Origin: Bacilli bacterium
Lineage (GTDB): Bacteria; Bacillota_I; Bacilli_A; RFN20; CAG-826
Length of the DNA: 64,000 nucleotides
NCBI GenBank assembly: GCA_017447165.1
Contig: JAFSOD010000004.1
Location: 653,903-717,902, forward strand
Direction: 5' to 3'
Both the position numbers and the translations under genes were made by a program. Below, one piece after another: positions 28,846-38,797 of the stretch (its first letter is position 1; each line of letters begins with the position of its first letter). The notes beneath the pieces were generated by a model, which saw only the letters and a program-made list of their open reading frames with translations, searched no databases and was not told where the DNA came from.

Positions 28846-30939
28846 TTGAAAACTTTAATTATTAAAGGTCTATCTAAATATTTTCCAATTAATAAGAATC
28901 AATCATTTACTGCGCTCAATAACATAAATCTTTCTTTTGATGATATCGGGTTTGTAGCCATTATTGGTAAAAGTGGGAGTGGTAAAACCACACTTTTAAA
29001 CATGATCTCTAGATTTGATAAGCCATCAAAAGGTGAGATTTATTTAAATAAGAAAAAATATACATATAAGAGCAAAACTGATTATGTATTTTATCGTGAT
29101 GACGTAGGATTAGTGGCTCAGCAATATAACCTGGTTCCTGATAGGACTGTGATATATAACGTCTCGTTACCATTGTTAATAAGTGGATGCAGCAAAACCA
29201 AGGCAATTACTAAGGCCACTAAATTATTAGAATATGTTGGTATTCCGATTGAACTATATAGCGAAAATGTTAATAAACTTTCAGGCGGAGAAGCCCAAAG
29301 AGTAGCAATTGCTAGAGCATTAATTCGCAATCCAAAAATTATTTTGTGTGATGAGCCTACTGGCGCTTTAGATTCTATAAACTTAAAGCGAGTTATGTCT
29401 TTATTATCTTCCATCAGCAAAATTAGATTAGTAATCATGGTTTCTCACAACCTACAGTTAGTTAAACAATTTTGTAATAGAATTATAGAAATTTCTGATG
29501 GAAAGATTATTAATGATTACTCTAATCTGAAAATAGAAAGAGAGATAGTTAACTCTAATGAAAAATACAAAGGACACTCAAATTGGATAAGTAGATTCAG
29601 TCTTAAAAACTACAAAAGAAGAATCAAAAGAAATATGTTTGTTGTTGCTTCTTTGTCTATATCCATGATAATCACAAATTTAGTAGTGGGGTTTATAAAC
29701 GGTAAAGATGAGGCGATTAAAAACGCGACATATGAACAACTAGATTTTGGATACGGATCCATTAGTAAAGACGAGATTGTATCTGATACCGGATTCATCA
29801 AATTAACAAAATCAATTAGACCCAATATTAATGATTTAATAAGTGATGCTAAAATTACTAAATTATTTAATATTTGCCCAAACTTTTCGGCAATCTTGCC
29901 ACAAAATATTAAAATTTCAGCAGGCGACAAAGAATTTAATGAACTTTCTTATACTCCAGTTTATAGCTTTGAAGATGGTTATATTGATAACACATTATTA
30001 TCTATTGGAAGATTTCCAAATAAAGATAGTCTTAATGAAGTTATTATAAACAAAAAGTCCTATGATATGATGACTGATTTGTTAAATTATAATCCGCTCA
30101 ACGAGTATCTCCATCTATATCATAAATTTGAATCGGTATATATAAATGAATACGAAGAAGAAATAGTTGATTATTTTGAGTTTGATTGTATTTGTCAAAT
30201 CGTTGGAGTAGTAAATGAGTTAGATTACTTAAATTCTCCAAAAGTGTACTATTCTTATCTTGGCCTTGAGAGTTTTTTACAAGACTATGTTTTGCTAAAT
30301 TTATCAACCTACTATGATAGTAAGATTACTTGGTTTGACAGGGTGATAGATGCTGAAGATTATTCGATTATTTCTTCTTATTCATATCACTTATTTTTAA
30401 AAGATTATCGATATCGTAATCAGTTATTTGATGATTCTATTTTTGGTGATTATTCCTTTAATTCAACTTCTTTGATTATTGCTAATTCCCTAATTGGCTT
30501 TATGAATGCTGCTGAGTATGCTTTATTTTTGTTTTTGGCTATCGGTGTCGTTGGTACTTTATTGATTCTTATGATAATTTCCTTCACTAATTACTCTGAA
30601 GATCGAAAGATAAGCGCGGTTTTGTCTTCACTAGGTGCTAAAAATAGCGATATTGAAAATATTTATATTAATGAAAACCTTTATTCTGGATTTATTTCAT
30701 TATTTATTTCGTTACTTATTTCATATCCTCTATCTTTATTAATTAATCATGTCATTTTCAAATACATAAATGTTAATAATGTTATTTCGATACCATATTT
30801 ATCTTTTTACAACAACCCGCTTTTCTACCCATTATTAATAGTTACATCAATTTGTTTTTTAATTAGTTTAGCGACATTAATTCCGATTAAGTTTTCAAAA
30901 AAGCGTTCTTTAAGTTTGGAGCTAAAAGCCAATGATTGA
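28846..30939 (+). CDS. ABC transporter, fused ATP-binding and FtsX-family permease (MacB-like)
   Basis: 697 aa. N-terminal ABC ATPase (Walker A GKSGSGKTTL, signature LSGGEAQRVAIARA, Walker B ILCDEPT). Then TM1, a ~270-aa extracytoplasmic domain and a C-terminal FtsX 3-TM bundle. TTG start 10 nt after SD. Confidence 0.8.
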   Translation: MKTLIIKGLSKYFPINKNQSFTALNNINLSFDDIGFVAIIGKSGSGKTTLLNMISRFDKPSKGEIYLNKKKYTYKSKTDYVFYRDDVGLVAQQYNLVPDRTVIYNVSLPLLISGCSKTKAITKATKLLEYVGIPIELYSENVNKLSGGEAQRVAIARALIRNPKIILCDEPTGALDSINLKRVMSLLSSISKIRLVIMVSHNLQLVKQFCNRIIEISDGKIINDYSNLKIEREIVNSNEKYKGHSNWISRFSLKNYKRRIKRNMFVVASLSISMIITNLVVGFINGKDEAIKNATYEQLDFGYGSISKDEIVSDTGFIKLTKSIRPNINDLISDAKITKLFNICPNFSAILPQNIKISAGDKEFNELSYTPVYSFEDGYIDNTLLSIGRFPNKDSLNEVIINKKSYDMMTDLLNYNPLNEYLHLYHKFESVYINEYEEEIVDYFEFDCICQIVGVVNELDYLNSPKVYYSYLGLESFLQDYVLLNLSTYYDSKITWFDRVIDAEDYSIISSYSYHLFLKDYRYRNQLFDDSIFGDYSFNSTSLIIANSLIGFMNAAEYALFLFLAIGVVGTLLILMIISFTNYSEDRKISAVLSSLGAKNSDIENIYINENLYSGFISLFISLLISYPLSLLINHVIFKYINVNNVISIPYLSFYNNPLFYPLLIVTSICFLISLATLIPIKFSKKRSLSLELKAND

Positions 30940-31585
30940 GTTAAATAATGTTAGTAAAAAATATAATAATCGCTATGTCTTAAAAGATATTTCTTTAACT
31001 TTCCCACGATATGGACTGGTGATTATTAATGGTCCTTCAGGTTGTGGGAAAACAACTTTATTGAATATCTTAAGTACTTTATTAAATTTTTCAGGCGACA
31101 TTTCTTTTGATGGAAAGTCGTATCAAAATTTAAACGATGACGAAAAGGAACTTATTCGAAGTAGAAAACTAGGCTTTTTGTTCCAAGATTACAAATTATT
31201 TGAAAACGAATCAGTTAAATCAAATATCGAATTAGCGATTGATATAGCGTGCGGAGATAAAAAAACCAAAAAAGAAAAGCGCATTAAAGATTTGTTGCGT
31301 TTAGTTGGTTTATCCAGAAAAGAGAAACAAATAGTTAATAACTTATCTGGTGGGGAAAAACAAAGAGTAGCTTTAGCTAGGGCAATAGCAAACTCACCAC
31401 TTATATTGTTAGCAGACGAACCTACTGGAAATTTAGACGAATATAATACGAAAGTAGTGATGGACCTATTAAATAAAATCAGTTCTTCGGCTTTAGTCAT
31501 AATGGTGTCCCACGATTTAAAGTTAAGTGAAGAATACGCCGACCAAATTATTAGGATGAATGATGGCAAGTATATTCTCCTTTAA
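30932..31585 (+). CDS. ABC transporter ATP-binding protein (stand-alone)
   Basis: 217 aa. Walker A GPSGCGKTTL, LSGGEKQRVALARA, LLADEPT. 8-nt overlap with the preceding gene. Confidence 0.8.
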   Translation: MIELNNVSKKYNNRYVLKDISLTFPRYGLVIINGPSGCGKTTLLNILSTLLNFSGDISFDGKSYQNLNDDEKELIRSRKLGFLFQDYKLFENESVKSNIELAIDIACGDKKTKKEKRIKDLLRLVGLSRKEKQIVNNLSGGEKQRVALARAIANSPLILLADEPTGNLDEYNTKVVMDLLNKISSSALVIMVSHDLKLSEEYADQIIRMNDGKYILL

Positions 31586-32019
31586 AAGATGTCAAAAATA
31601 GTGTCGATGAGATATGTGGATATATCGAGTTAATTTTATTAATTGTTTCAATCTCTAGCATTCTTATTGCTAGCTTAATTTTATTTATTTGTAATTACCT
31701 TCATTTTCTAGAAGTGAAAAAGGACATTGGGTTAGTAAGAATCCTTGGTAGTAAAAAAAGTCAGAGTAAGAAGTTTGTTTATTTTCATTCATTTATAATG
31801 ACCAGCTTCTCGTTGTTAATTTCTGTTTTTGAACTATTAATAATCTCTTTTGTCTTATCAAAATCACTAGCGAATTCACTACACATTAACTCCATGTTTG
31901 TCTTTAACCCGATGTCGATTATTTATATGTTTTTAGTTGATGCTTTAATCGCACTAGTGAGTTCTATTTTGATTTCTAAAAAGATATCAAAAATTCCTCC
32001 ATTAGAGTGTTTATCTTAA
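31564..32019 (+). pseudogene. FtsX-type permease C-terminal fragment (no canonical start; likely remnant)
   Basis: Frame is open from 31564, overlapping the ATPase stop. Encodes ..DEICGYIELILLIVSISSILIASLILFICNYLHFLEVKKDIGLVRILGSKK.. (FtsX TM2 through conserved loop to TM3-TM4). TM1 and the extracytoplasmic domain are absent. No ATG or TTG in frame before GTG 31714, and no SD. Confidence 0.5.
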
Positions 32020-32100
32020 GCATTATCTATAAAATATTATTTTATCTTTGTCTTATTTTGAAATTTGAATATAATATTCAATTGGAAGAAGACTAATATT

Positions 32101-33216
32101 ATGGGATTAAAAGCAGGAATTGTAGGATTACCAAACGTTGGGAAATCAACTTTATTTAACGCGATTACTAATTCTCATGTTGAGGCCGCTAATTATCCTT
32201 TCGCTACTATTAATCCAAACACAAGAATCGTTGAAGTCCCAGATGAAAGATTTGAATTCTTAGTGAATGTATTTAAACCAGAAAGAACCATTCCTGCAAC
32301 TATTGAGTTTTATGATATTGCAGGTTTAGTTAGAGGTGCCTCTAAAGGAGAAGGTTTAGGAAACCAATTCCTTTCGCACATTAGAGAATGCGACGCAATC
32401 GTGGAAGTTGTAAGATGCTTCACCAATAGTGACATCATTCACGTTGAAGGGGATGTTGATCCAATTAGAGATATTGAAGTTATTAATCTAGAACTTGTGA
32501 TGGCGGATTTAGAAACTGTTACTAGAAGAATTGAAAAGATTGAAAATAAGGCTCGTATCTTAAAAGATAAAGAGTCAGTGATGGAAATGTCTTGTTTAAC
32601 TCCTCTTAAAGAAGCGCTCACTAACGGAGTAGCAGCTAGAAACGTTCCACTTACTCAAGAACAAGAAGACGTTGTCTATAGCTATCACTTATTAACTAAA
32701 AAACCAATTATCTATGTCGCTAATGTGGGCGAAGAAGATTTATTAGACATTAATAACAGTGAAAACTTTAACAGAGTTAAGGAATATGCCTCTAAAGAAC
32801 ATAATGAAGTGATTCCAGTGAGCTGTGAGATTGAATCTCAACTTTCAGAATTATCTAAAGAAGAAAAAGTGGAATTCTTAAAAGATTTAGGAATTGAAAC
32901 TAGTGGTCTAGCTCAACTTATTAAGGCCACTTATAAGTTATTAAATTTATCTACATTCTTTACAGTAGGAGCAGATGAATGCCGTGCTTGGACTTTCCCT
33001 AATGGTTATAGCGCTCCTAAGTGTGCAGGTATTATCCACACCGATTTTGAAAGAGGATTTATCTGTGCGGAAGTTTATACTTATGAGGCAATTCATGAGT
33101 TAGGAAGTGAACTCGCTGTTAAAGAAGCAGGCAAGATGCGTACCGAAGGTAAAGGATATTTCCCAAAAGATGGAGATATCATGTTCTTCAAATTTAATGT
33201 TTCAGGTAAAAAATAA
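32101..33216 (+). CDS. ychF: ribosome-binding ATPase YchF
   Basis: [22 protein letters not shown]1 motif, Obg-type GTPase domain, C-terminal TGS domain. ATG 32101 preferred over the track's upstream ATG 32065. Confidence 0.9.
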   Translation: MGLKAGIVGLPNVGKSTLFNAITNSHVEAANYPFATINPNTRIVEVPDERFEFLVNVFKPERTIPATIEFYDIAGLVRGASKGEGLGNQFLSHIRECDAIVEVVRCFTNSDIIHVEGDVDPIRDIEVINLELVMADLETVTRRIEKIENKARILKDKESVMEMSCLTPLKEALTNGVAARNVPLTQEQEDVVYSYHLLTKKPIIYVANVGEEDLLDINNSENFNRVKEYASKEHNEVIPVSCEIESQLSELSKEEKVEFLKDLGIETSGLAQLIKATYKLLNLSTFFTVGADECRAWTFPNGYSAPKCAGIIHTDFERGFICAEVYTYEAIHELGSELAVKEAGKMRTEGKGYFPKDGDIMFFKFNVSGKK

Positions 33217-33698
33217 TGGAATATAGAATTGGCTTTTCTAAAGATATCCACAAATTAGTGGAAAATAGAAAATTAATTATTGCTGGCGTAGTGATTCCTT
33301 TTGATAAAGGAGAACTCGCTCATAGTGACGGTGATGTTTTATATCACGCTTTAGCGGAATCTATCTTAGGGGCTTTAGCTCTTGGAGATTTAGGAAAACA
33401 CTTTCCAGATACCTCTAAAGACACTTTAGATATGGATAGTAGTCTTATTGTTAAATCGGTGGTTAAGATGATGAAAGAAAAAGGCTATCAAGTGAATAAC
33501 GTTGATATCTTTGTTTCTTTAGAAAAACCAAAACTCAAAGATTATATCGAAGAAATGAAAAAAAACGTTGCTTCTTTATTAGAAGTTAACCTAGATCAAG
33601 TGTCTATTAAAGCAGGCACTAATGAAGGATGTGGAGAAGTTGGTCGAGGAGAAGCAATTGAGGCCACTTCGATGATTATGTTAAAAAGTTATTGCTAA
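33216..33698 (+). CDS. ispF: 2-C-methyl-D-erythritol 2,4-cyclodiphosphate synthase
   Basis: 160 aa. IGFSKDIH...AHSDGDV..HAL..S..GA.ALGD.GK.FPD. matches IspF metal and CDP-binding motifs. Confidence 0.85.
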   Translation: MEYRIGFSKDIHKLVENRKLIIAGVVIPFDKGELAHSDGDVLYHALAESILGALALGDLGKHFPDTSKDTLDMDSSLIVKSVVKMMKEKGYQVNNVDIFVSLEKPKLKDYIEEMKKNVASLLEVNLDQVSIKAGTNEGCGEVGRGEAIEATSMIMLKSYC

Positions 33699-33735
33699 TT
33701 TAAATTAGTAATAAGTATAATTTTGTGTTAAAAAT

Positions 33736-35352
33736 ATGGAAATTAAAGAAAGTTTAAAACTAAATATCCAGCAAGCATTAAAGTCACTTAATGTTGATTT
33801 AGCGTTAGACCAAATCATCATTGAAAATTCTAAAGATCCTGCTCATGGAGACTTTGCTAGTAATGTGGCGATGAAGTCTTCTAGGTTCTTTGGTAAAGCT
33901 CCAAGAGAAGTTGCTGAACTCATTGTTTCTAGATTAGATTTATCTAATATTGAAAAGATCGAAATTGCCGGACCTGGCTTTATTAATTTCTTTATGAAAA
34001 ACGACTCTATAAGTTCTTTAATTAACAATATTATTGTTAGTGGAGATAACTATGGCCGCGGAGAAAGGAAGAATCAAAAGATTAATGTTGAATTTGTTTC
34101 CGCTAATCCTACAGGTGATTTACATGTAGGCCACGCTCGAGGTGCAGCTATTGGAGATGCGATTTCTCGTATCTTAACTTTTGATGGTTATGATGTGACT
34201 AGAGAGTACTACATTAATGACGCGGGCAATCAAATCGATCATCTTGGTGAATCTTTAATCGAAAGATACAAAGAGATTTTAGGTTTGCCTTTTGCTCTTC
34301 CTGAAGATGGATATCATGGAGAAGATGTTAAGCTAGTCGCTAAACGCATCTATGATGAATTTGGTCCTGGCTTATTAGCTAGACCAGACCACTTTGAATT
34401 TTTCAAAGAAAAGGGAATGGAATTTGAATTAGATAAGATTAAAGAAGACCTTAAAAATTATAATATTATCTTTGATATTTTCTCTTCAGAGAAAAAGATA
34501 AGAGCAGGTGGAGCGGTTGAAAAGGAAATCGAATACTTAAAAGATCACGTCTATGAATCTGAGGGGGCGTTAGTGTTAAGAACTACAGACTACCTTGATG
34601 ACAAAGATAGAGTTATTAGAAAAAGCAATGGTGAATATACTTATTTCATGCCTGATATTGTTTATCACGTGAATAAGATGAGCCGTGGCTTTGATCAATT
34701 AATTGATGTTTTAGGTGCCGACCATCATGGCTATATTAACCGTATGAAATCTGCTTTGATGATGCATGGATATTCTCCTGATTCTTTACAAGTTGAATTA
34801 ATTCAAATGGTAAGAATGATGAAGGATGGAGAAGAGTTTAAACTCTCTAAACGTACGGGTAACGGATATACATTACGTGAATTATGTGAAGACGCAGGCG
34901 TAGATGCAGCACGATATTTCTTCGTGATGAGAAATGCTTCTGGCCACTTAGACTTTGACTTAGACCTAGCGGTCAAACAAAGTAGTGATAACCCTGTGTA
35001 TTACGCTCAATATGCTCATGCGCGTTTATGCTCAATTTTAGCGAGTGCGTCTGATGTGAAAGTTAACGAATCACCAGTGTTAACTATGCCAAGCGAATTA
35101 GATTTAGCAAAAGCATTATCTAATTTCCCTGAAGTAGTGAAGACCGCTTCTAAAGAAAGAGCCCCTTATAAAATTACTAACTACATTCATGAAGTCGCTG
35201 AAAAGATTCATGCCTTCTATACTGAATGTCGAGTTATAGATCGAGATAACTTAGAAGTTACCTCAAATAGATTAGGCTTATGCCTAGCCTCTAAAATTAT
35301 TATGAAAAACGCATTAACTTTAGTGGGTGTAAGTGCCCCTACAAGAATGTAA
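33736..35352 (+). CDS. argS: arginine--tRNA ligase
   Basis: 538 aa. Class I HIGH-like (SANPTGDLHVGHAR) and KMSK-like (MSRG) motifs, DALR anticodon-binding C-terminus. Confidence 0.9.
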   Translation: MEIKESLKLNIQQALKSLNVDLALDQIIIENSKDPAHGDFASNVAMKSSRFFGKAPREVAELIVSRLDLSNIEKIEIAGPGFINFFMKNDSISSLINNIIVSGDNYGRGERKNQKINVEFVSANPTGDLHVGHARGAAIGDAISRILTFDGYDVTREYYINDAGNQIDHLGESLIERYKEILGLPFALPEDGYHGEDVKLVAKRIYDEFGPGLLARPDHFEFFKEKGMEFELDKIKEDLKNYNIIFDIFSSEKKIRAGGAVEKEIEYLKDHVYESEGALVLRTTDYLDDKDRVIRKSNGEYTYFMPDIVYHVNKMSRGFDQLIDVLGADHHGYINRMKSALMMHGYSPDSLQVELIQMVRMMKDGEEFKLSKRTGNGYTLRELCEDAGVDAARYFFVMRNASGHLDFDLDLAVKQSSDNPVYYAQYAHARLCSILASASDVKVNESPVLTMPSELDLAKALSNFPEVVKTASKERAPYKITNYIHEVAEKIHAFYTECRVIDRDNLEVTSNRLGLCLASKIIMKNALTLVGVSAPTRM

Positions 35353-35366
35353 GAAAGGAGACATAT

Positions 35367-35756
35367 ATGTCTAAATCTTTAATTGAGCATGCTTATGAAT
35401 TTGTTTCAAAGCACAAAGAATCTGTTAATTTCAAAGAAATCTGGGAGTATGTCAAAAAAGAAGCCGGATTAACTGAAGAACAAGCTAATGCTAAAGTTGG
35501 TCAATTCTTCACCAACATGATGCTTGATGGTCGCTTCATTACTCTTGGAGAAAATGAGTGGGATTTAAGAGAAAGACACGTCTTTGATAAGGTTCACATC
35601 GATATGAGAGATGTCTACAGTGATGTCCAAACTTCTGATGATGATGTCGAAGAAAAAGACGAAGAAGAGGAAGAATACAATAAAGCCTTTGAAGAAGATG
35701 GTGCTTCTGATTCTGACGAAGACATCGAAGAAAAGGATGATTTGTCCGAAAATTAA
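35367..35756 (+). CDS. rpoE: DNA-directed RNA polymerase delta subunit
   Basis: 129 aa. N-terminal HARE-HTH-like domain (FKEIWEYVKKEAGLTEEQ...FFTNMMLDGRF) and a poly-acidic C-terminal tail typical of Firmicutes RpoE. Confidence 0.8.
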   Translation: MSKSLIEHAYEFVSKHKESVNFKEIWEYVKKEAGLTEEQANAKVGQFFTNMMLDGRFITLGENEWDLRERHVFDKVHIDMRDVYSDVQTSDDDVEEKDEEEEEYNKAFEEDGASDSDEDIEEKDDLSEN

Positions 35757-35767
35757 TTTATTAATTT

Positions 35768-36718
35768 ATGTTTAATCGAATTTGGGAATTAATCAAGAAA
35801 CATGACTCCATTGTGATTTATGGACACATTAATCCTGATGGAGATTGCTATGGCTCACAAGTCGGTTTAAAGGAAGTTATTCTTTCCAACTTTCCTAATA
35901 AAAAAGTCTATATAACCGGAACTGGTGTACGTGCATTTTTTGATATTGTCTGTGAAATGGATAAAGTTGATGATGAAACTATTAAAAATAGCTTAGCGAT
36001 TATTGTTGACGGTAATGACTTAGCTAGAATGGAAGATTCGAGAATTTTTACCGCTAAAGAATTTGCTAAAATAGATCACCACATTGATACTGGTTCGTTT
36101 ACAGAAGGACCTTCAATTGTTGATGTTGAGGCTAATAGTTGTTGCGATATTATCACAGGCTTAGTTATGGAACATAATCTTAAAATTTCTAAGCTTGGAG
36201 CCAACGCATTATATCTTGGTATCTTGACCGATAGTGCGAGATTCCAATTTGTCACTAACTATCCACAAACTTTTGAAAGAGCAAAGTTCTTATGTGAACA
36301 CGGAGCCGAGCCCAATAAAATCAATAAAGTGTTATCAAAAACCGACGAGATTACTTTAGCAGCTAAAGGCTATGTTATGTCTCATTATAAGAAATCAAAA
36401 GCAGGTGTAATTTCTATCGTTTTTGACCAAAAAACTCTACAGAGCCTATCTATTTCTGCAAATCATGCTAGTAATTTAATCAACCTTTTAGGCAATATAG
36501 AAGGCTATCCAATCTGGTGTTCTTTTGCCGAATATAGTGATGGTAGGGTACGCTGCGAATTTAGAAGTAATGGCCCAGCTGTTCAACCAGTTGCCGTGAG
36601 TATTGGTGGAGGCGGACATGCCCAAGCTAGTGGAGCGCAACTTCCAAAATTAGACCTCAAACAAATTGATGAAATTATCCATAAATTAGATCAAACAATT
36701 ATTGATTGGAGAAAATAA
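35768..36718 (+). CDS. nrnA: DHH/DHHA1 phosphoesterase (NrnA-like nanoRNase / pAp phosphatase)
   Basis: 316 aa. DHH motifs (HINPDGD, DHH at ~105), C-terminal DHHA1 GGGH motif. Confidence 0.75.
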   Translation: MFNRIWELIKKHDSIVIYGHINPDGDCYGSQVGLKEVILSNFPNKKVYITGTGVRAFFDIVCEMDKVDDETIKNSLAIIVDGNDLARMEDSRIFTAKEFAKIDHHIDTGSFTEGPSIVDVEANSCCDIITGLVMEHNLKISKLGANALYLGILTDSARFQFVTNYPQTFERAKFLCEHGAEPNKINKVLSKTDEITLAAKGYVMSHYKKSKAGVISIVFDQKTLQSLSISANHASNLINLLGNIEGYPIWCSFAEYSDGRVRCEFRSNGPAVQPVAVSIGGGGHAQASGAQLPKLDLKQIDEIIHKLDQTIIDWRK

Positions 36719-36720
36719 TT

Positions 36721-37497
36721 ATGTGGGAAAAAGAATTACAAGCAGCAATTGAAGCTGGCTTATTAGCCAAAAAGAGAATTATGGAGATTTATGTTCGACA
36801 TTTTGATGTTGAAATTAAAGACGACAATTCTCCAGTTACTATTGCTGATAAATCCGCTGATGAAATTATTAGAAATTATCTTCATGAGAAATTCCCAACT
36901 CACGCTTTCTTAACTGAAGAAAGTACCGATAATCTTGATCGACTTAAAAATGATTTTGTGTGGATCGTTGATCCGGTCGATGGCACCAAAGACTTTGTAG
37001 CTAAAGACGGACAATTTACCACCAATATCGCATTAGCGTATAAACACGAACTTGTCGTAGGTGTCGTTATTGCTCCAGCATTAGATGAAATGTATTTTGC
37101 TAGTAAAGGAAATGGTAGTTTCTATCAAAAAGATAACGAGAAGCCAGTTAGAATTCACGTTAATGATAAGTTAGAAGACTTAACTATGTTAATTAGTGTC
37201 TTCCACTTCAATGATGCTGAAAAAGAATATATCGAAAAGCATCAAGATAAAATCAAACATGTCGAAAGAAAAGGTAGTTCCTTAAAACCTTGTGCGATTG
37301 CTCATGGCTTAGCGGAGATTACTTTAAGAAGATCACCTAACACTAAAGAATGGGATACAGCAGCGTGCCAAATTATCGTTGAAGAAGCAGGAGGCTTATT
37401 CGTGGAACCTGATGGCACTCCAATAAAATATAACCGTGAAGATGTTTATAATCGCAAAGGTTATACGGTAGTGAATTGTAAAGAAAATCTATTCTAA
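36721..37497 (+). CDS. inositol-monophosphatase-family phosphatase (CysQ/SuhB-like)
   Basis: EE..D (FLTEESTD), WIVDPVDGT and C-terminal WD motif of the IMPase fold. ATG 36721, 8 nt after GGAG, preferred over the track's TTG 36706. Confidence 0.75.
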   Translation: MWEKELQAAIEAGLLAKKRIMEIYVRHFDVEIKDDNSPVTIADKSADEIIRNYLHEKFPTHAFLTEESTDNLDRLKNDFVWIVDPVDGTKDFVAKDGQFTTNIALAYKHELVVGVVIAPALDEMYFASKGNGSFYQKDNEKPVRIHVNDKLEDLTMLISVFHFNDAEKEYIEKHQDKIKHVERKGSSLKPCAIAHGLAEITLRRSPNTKEWDTAACQIIVEEAGGLFVEPDGTPIKYNREDVYNRKGYTVVNCKENLF

Positions 37498-37515
37498 TTT
37501 ATATATAAATTAAAA

Positions 37516-37547
37516 GGACTCGAGAATAAATCGGGTCCATTTTTATT
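37516..37547. terminator. bidirectional intrinsic terminator
   Basis: GGACTCGA-gaataaa-TCGGGTCC (8-bp stem, one G·U) followed by T5. Lies between the + phosphatase genes and the 3' end of the minus-strand tRNA-Gln. Confidence 0.6.
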
Positions 37548-37550
37548 ATT

Positions 37551-37625
37551 TGGCTGGGGTACTTGGGATCGAACCAAGGAATGTCGGAGTCAGAGGCCGA
37601 TGCCTTACCGCTTGGCTATACCCCA
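37551..37625 (-). tRNA. tRNA-Gln (anticodon CUG)
   Basis: Reverse complement TGGGGTATAGCCAAGCGGTAAGGCATCGGCCTCTGACTCCGACATTCCTTGGTTCGATCCCAAGTACCCCAGCCA aligns with bacterial tRNA-Gln. Anticodon loop CUCUGAC. Encoded CCA. Positions 31-39 form a C·U mismatch. Confidence 0.8.
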
Positions 37626-37626
37626 A

Positions 37627-38745
37627 TTATTCTGCGAGTCTAACCTCGACCACTCCAGGAACTTCTTCTTGTAAAATGACTTCCACAAGATCTTTGATGT
37701 CGCTATAAGCGTAGGAGCAGCCCTGGCACGCTCCAATCATTTTGACATAGACAATTCCATCATTAAAGGAAACAAATTCACAGTCTCCTCCATCTTTTCT
37801 TAAGAAGTGTCTAATTTTATCTAAAGTAGAGATAATTAATTTTTCTGTATCATCCATAACCTTGTCATCTTTAATTTCGAGTTTATATCCGTCATAAGCA
37901 TCTTTGGCATTATTTAAGAAATGAGCAGCGACATCTAAGAAATTAAAGCCGTGCTTTTCTCCTTCACCTCTATAGTGCTTAGTGATTGCTACATTATACC
38001 ACTGTAAAGAAATATATATTCTCCATAAATAATATCTTTTTATTTGATCAGTGCTTGGATTATTTAAAAAATAATTATTTAATAATTCTCTACCTTCACT
38101 AACTAAGCCATTACCAAAACAGGCTATATCATAGATTGGGTCATTATTACCCACAAATTCAAAGTCGATGAAATAATATTCATCTTCTGGAGTTTGAATA
38201 ATATTACTTCTTTGTGCGTCATTATGGCAAAGCGCTTTTCTTTGAAGTTCAAGATACTCTTTATGGCTGAATAAGAAATCTCTTAATTCCTTATATAAAG
38301 GAGATACTTCGTTTTGGAAAGATAATGCTTCTTTTTCATAAGTCTCTGTGAATCTTACAAATGGAGCGTAGTCTTGTTTAGAAAGAACTGGAGAGGAGTG
38401 GAGTTCTCTAAATAAAGTAGCGACTTTTTCATAGTTAAATGAACTAACTCTATCTAAAGAATTGCCTTCGATATATTCATTAATCTTAATTCCTTTTTCA
38501 GTATCAAAATAGACATTTTGACTAGTGATACCAATCGCAGAAATGATTTTTTGATGTTCTTTTTCTAAGGGACGATCAACCATCTCATTGGCTTGTTCGG
38601 TGGAAATATATAAAACATATTTCTTATTATCTTTATCTTTAATGATATAGGAAATATTCATCATTCCTCCCACAAGAGGAGAAACAATTTGGGCACCTTT
38701 ACCTAGAACTTTTTCTATCAATGATTGGATTTCATTATTTTCCAT
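37627..38745 (-). CDS. fusion protein: APH/choline-kinase-like phosphotransferase domain + C-terminal Nfu/NifU-like domain
   Basis: 372 aa. N-terminal two-thirds carries Brenner motif LCHNDAQRSNII and D-x-E (YFIDFEFVGNNDPIYDIA) of choline/ethanolamine/aminoglycoside kinases. C-terminal ~75 aa is a textbook Nfu domain (IRHFLRKDGGDCEFVSFNDGIVYVKMIGACQGCSYA). Extended -10 TGCTATAAT ends 8 nt from the ATG, suggesting a leaderless transcript. Confidence 0.75.
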   Translation of the reverse strand: MENNEIQSLIEKVLGKGAQIVSPLVGGMMNISYIIKDKDNKKYVLYISTEQANEMVDRPLEKEHQKIISAIGITSQNVYFDTEKGIKINEYIEGNSLDRVSSFNYEKVATLFRELHSSPVLSKQDYAPFVRFTETYEKEALSFQNEVSPLYKELRDFLFSHKEYLELQRKALCHNDAQRSNIIQTPEDEYYFIDFEFVGNNDPIYDIACFGNGLVSEGRELLNNYFLNNPSTDQIKRYYLWRIYISLQWYNVAITKHYRGEGEKHGFNFLDVAAHFLNNAKDAYDGYKLEIKDDKVMDDTEKLIISTLDKIRHFLRKDGGDCEFVSFNDGIVYVKMIGACQGCSYAYSDIKDLVEVILQEEVPGVVEVRLAE

Positions 38746-38797
38746 AGCAACTTATTATAGCACCTATTTATTAAATTGATATACAATTATTAATTGT

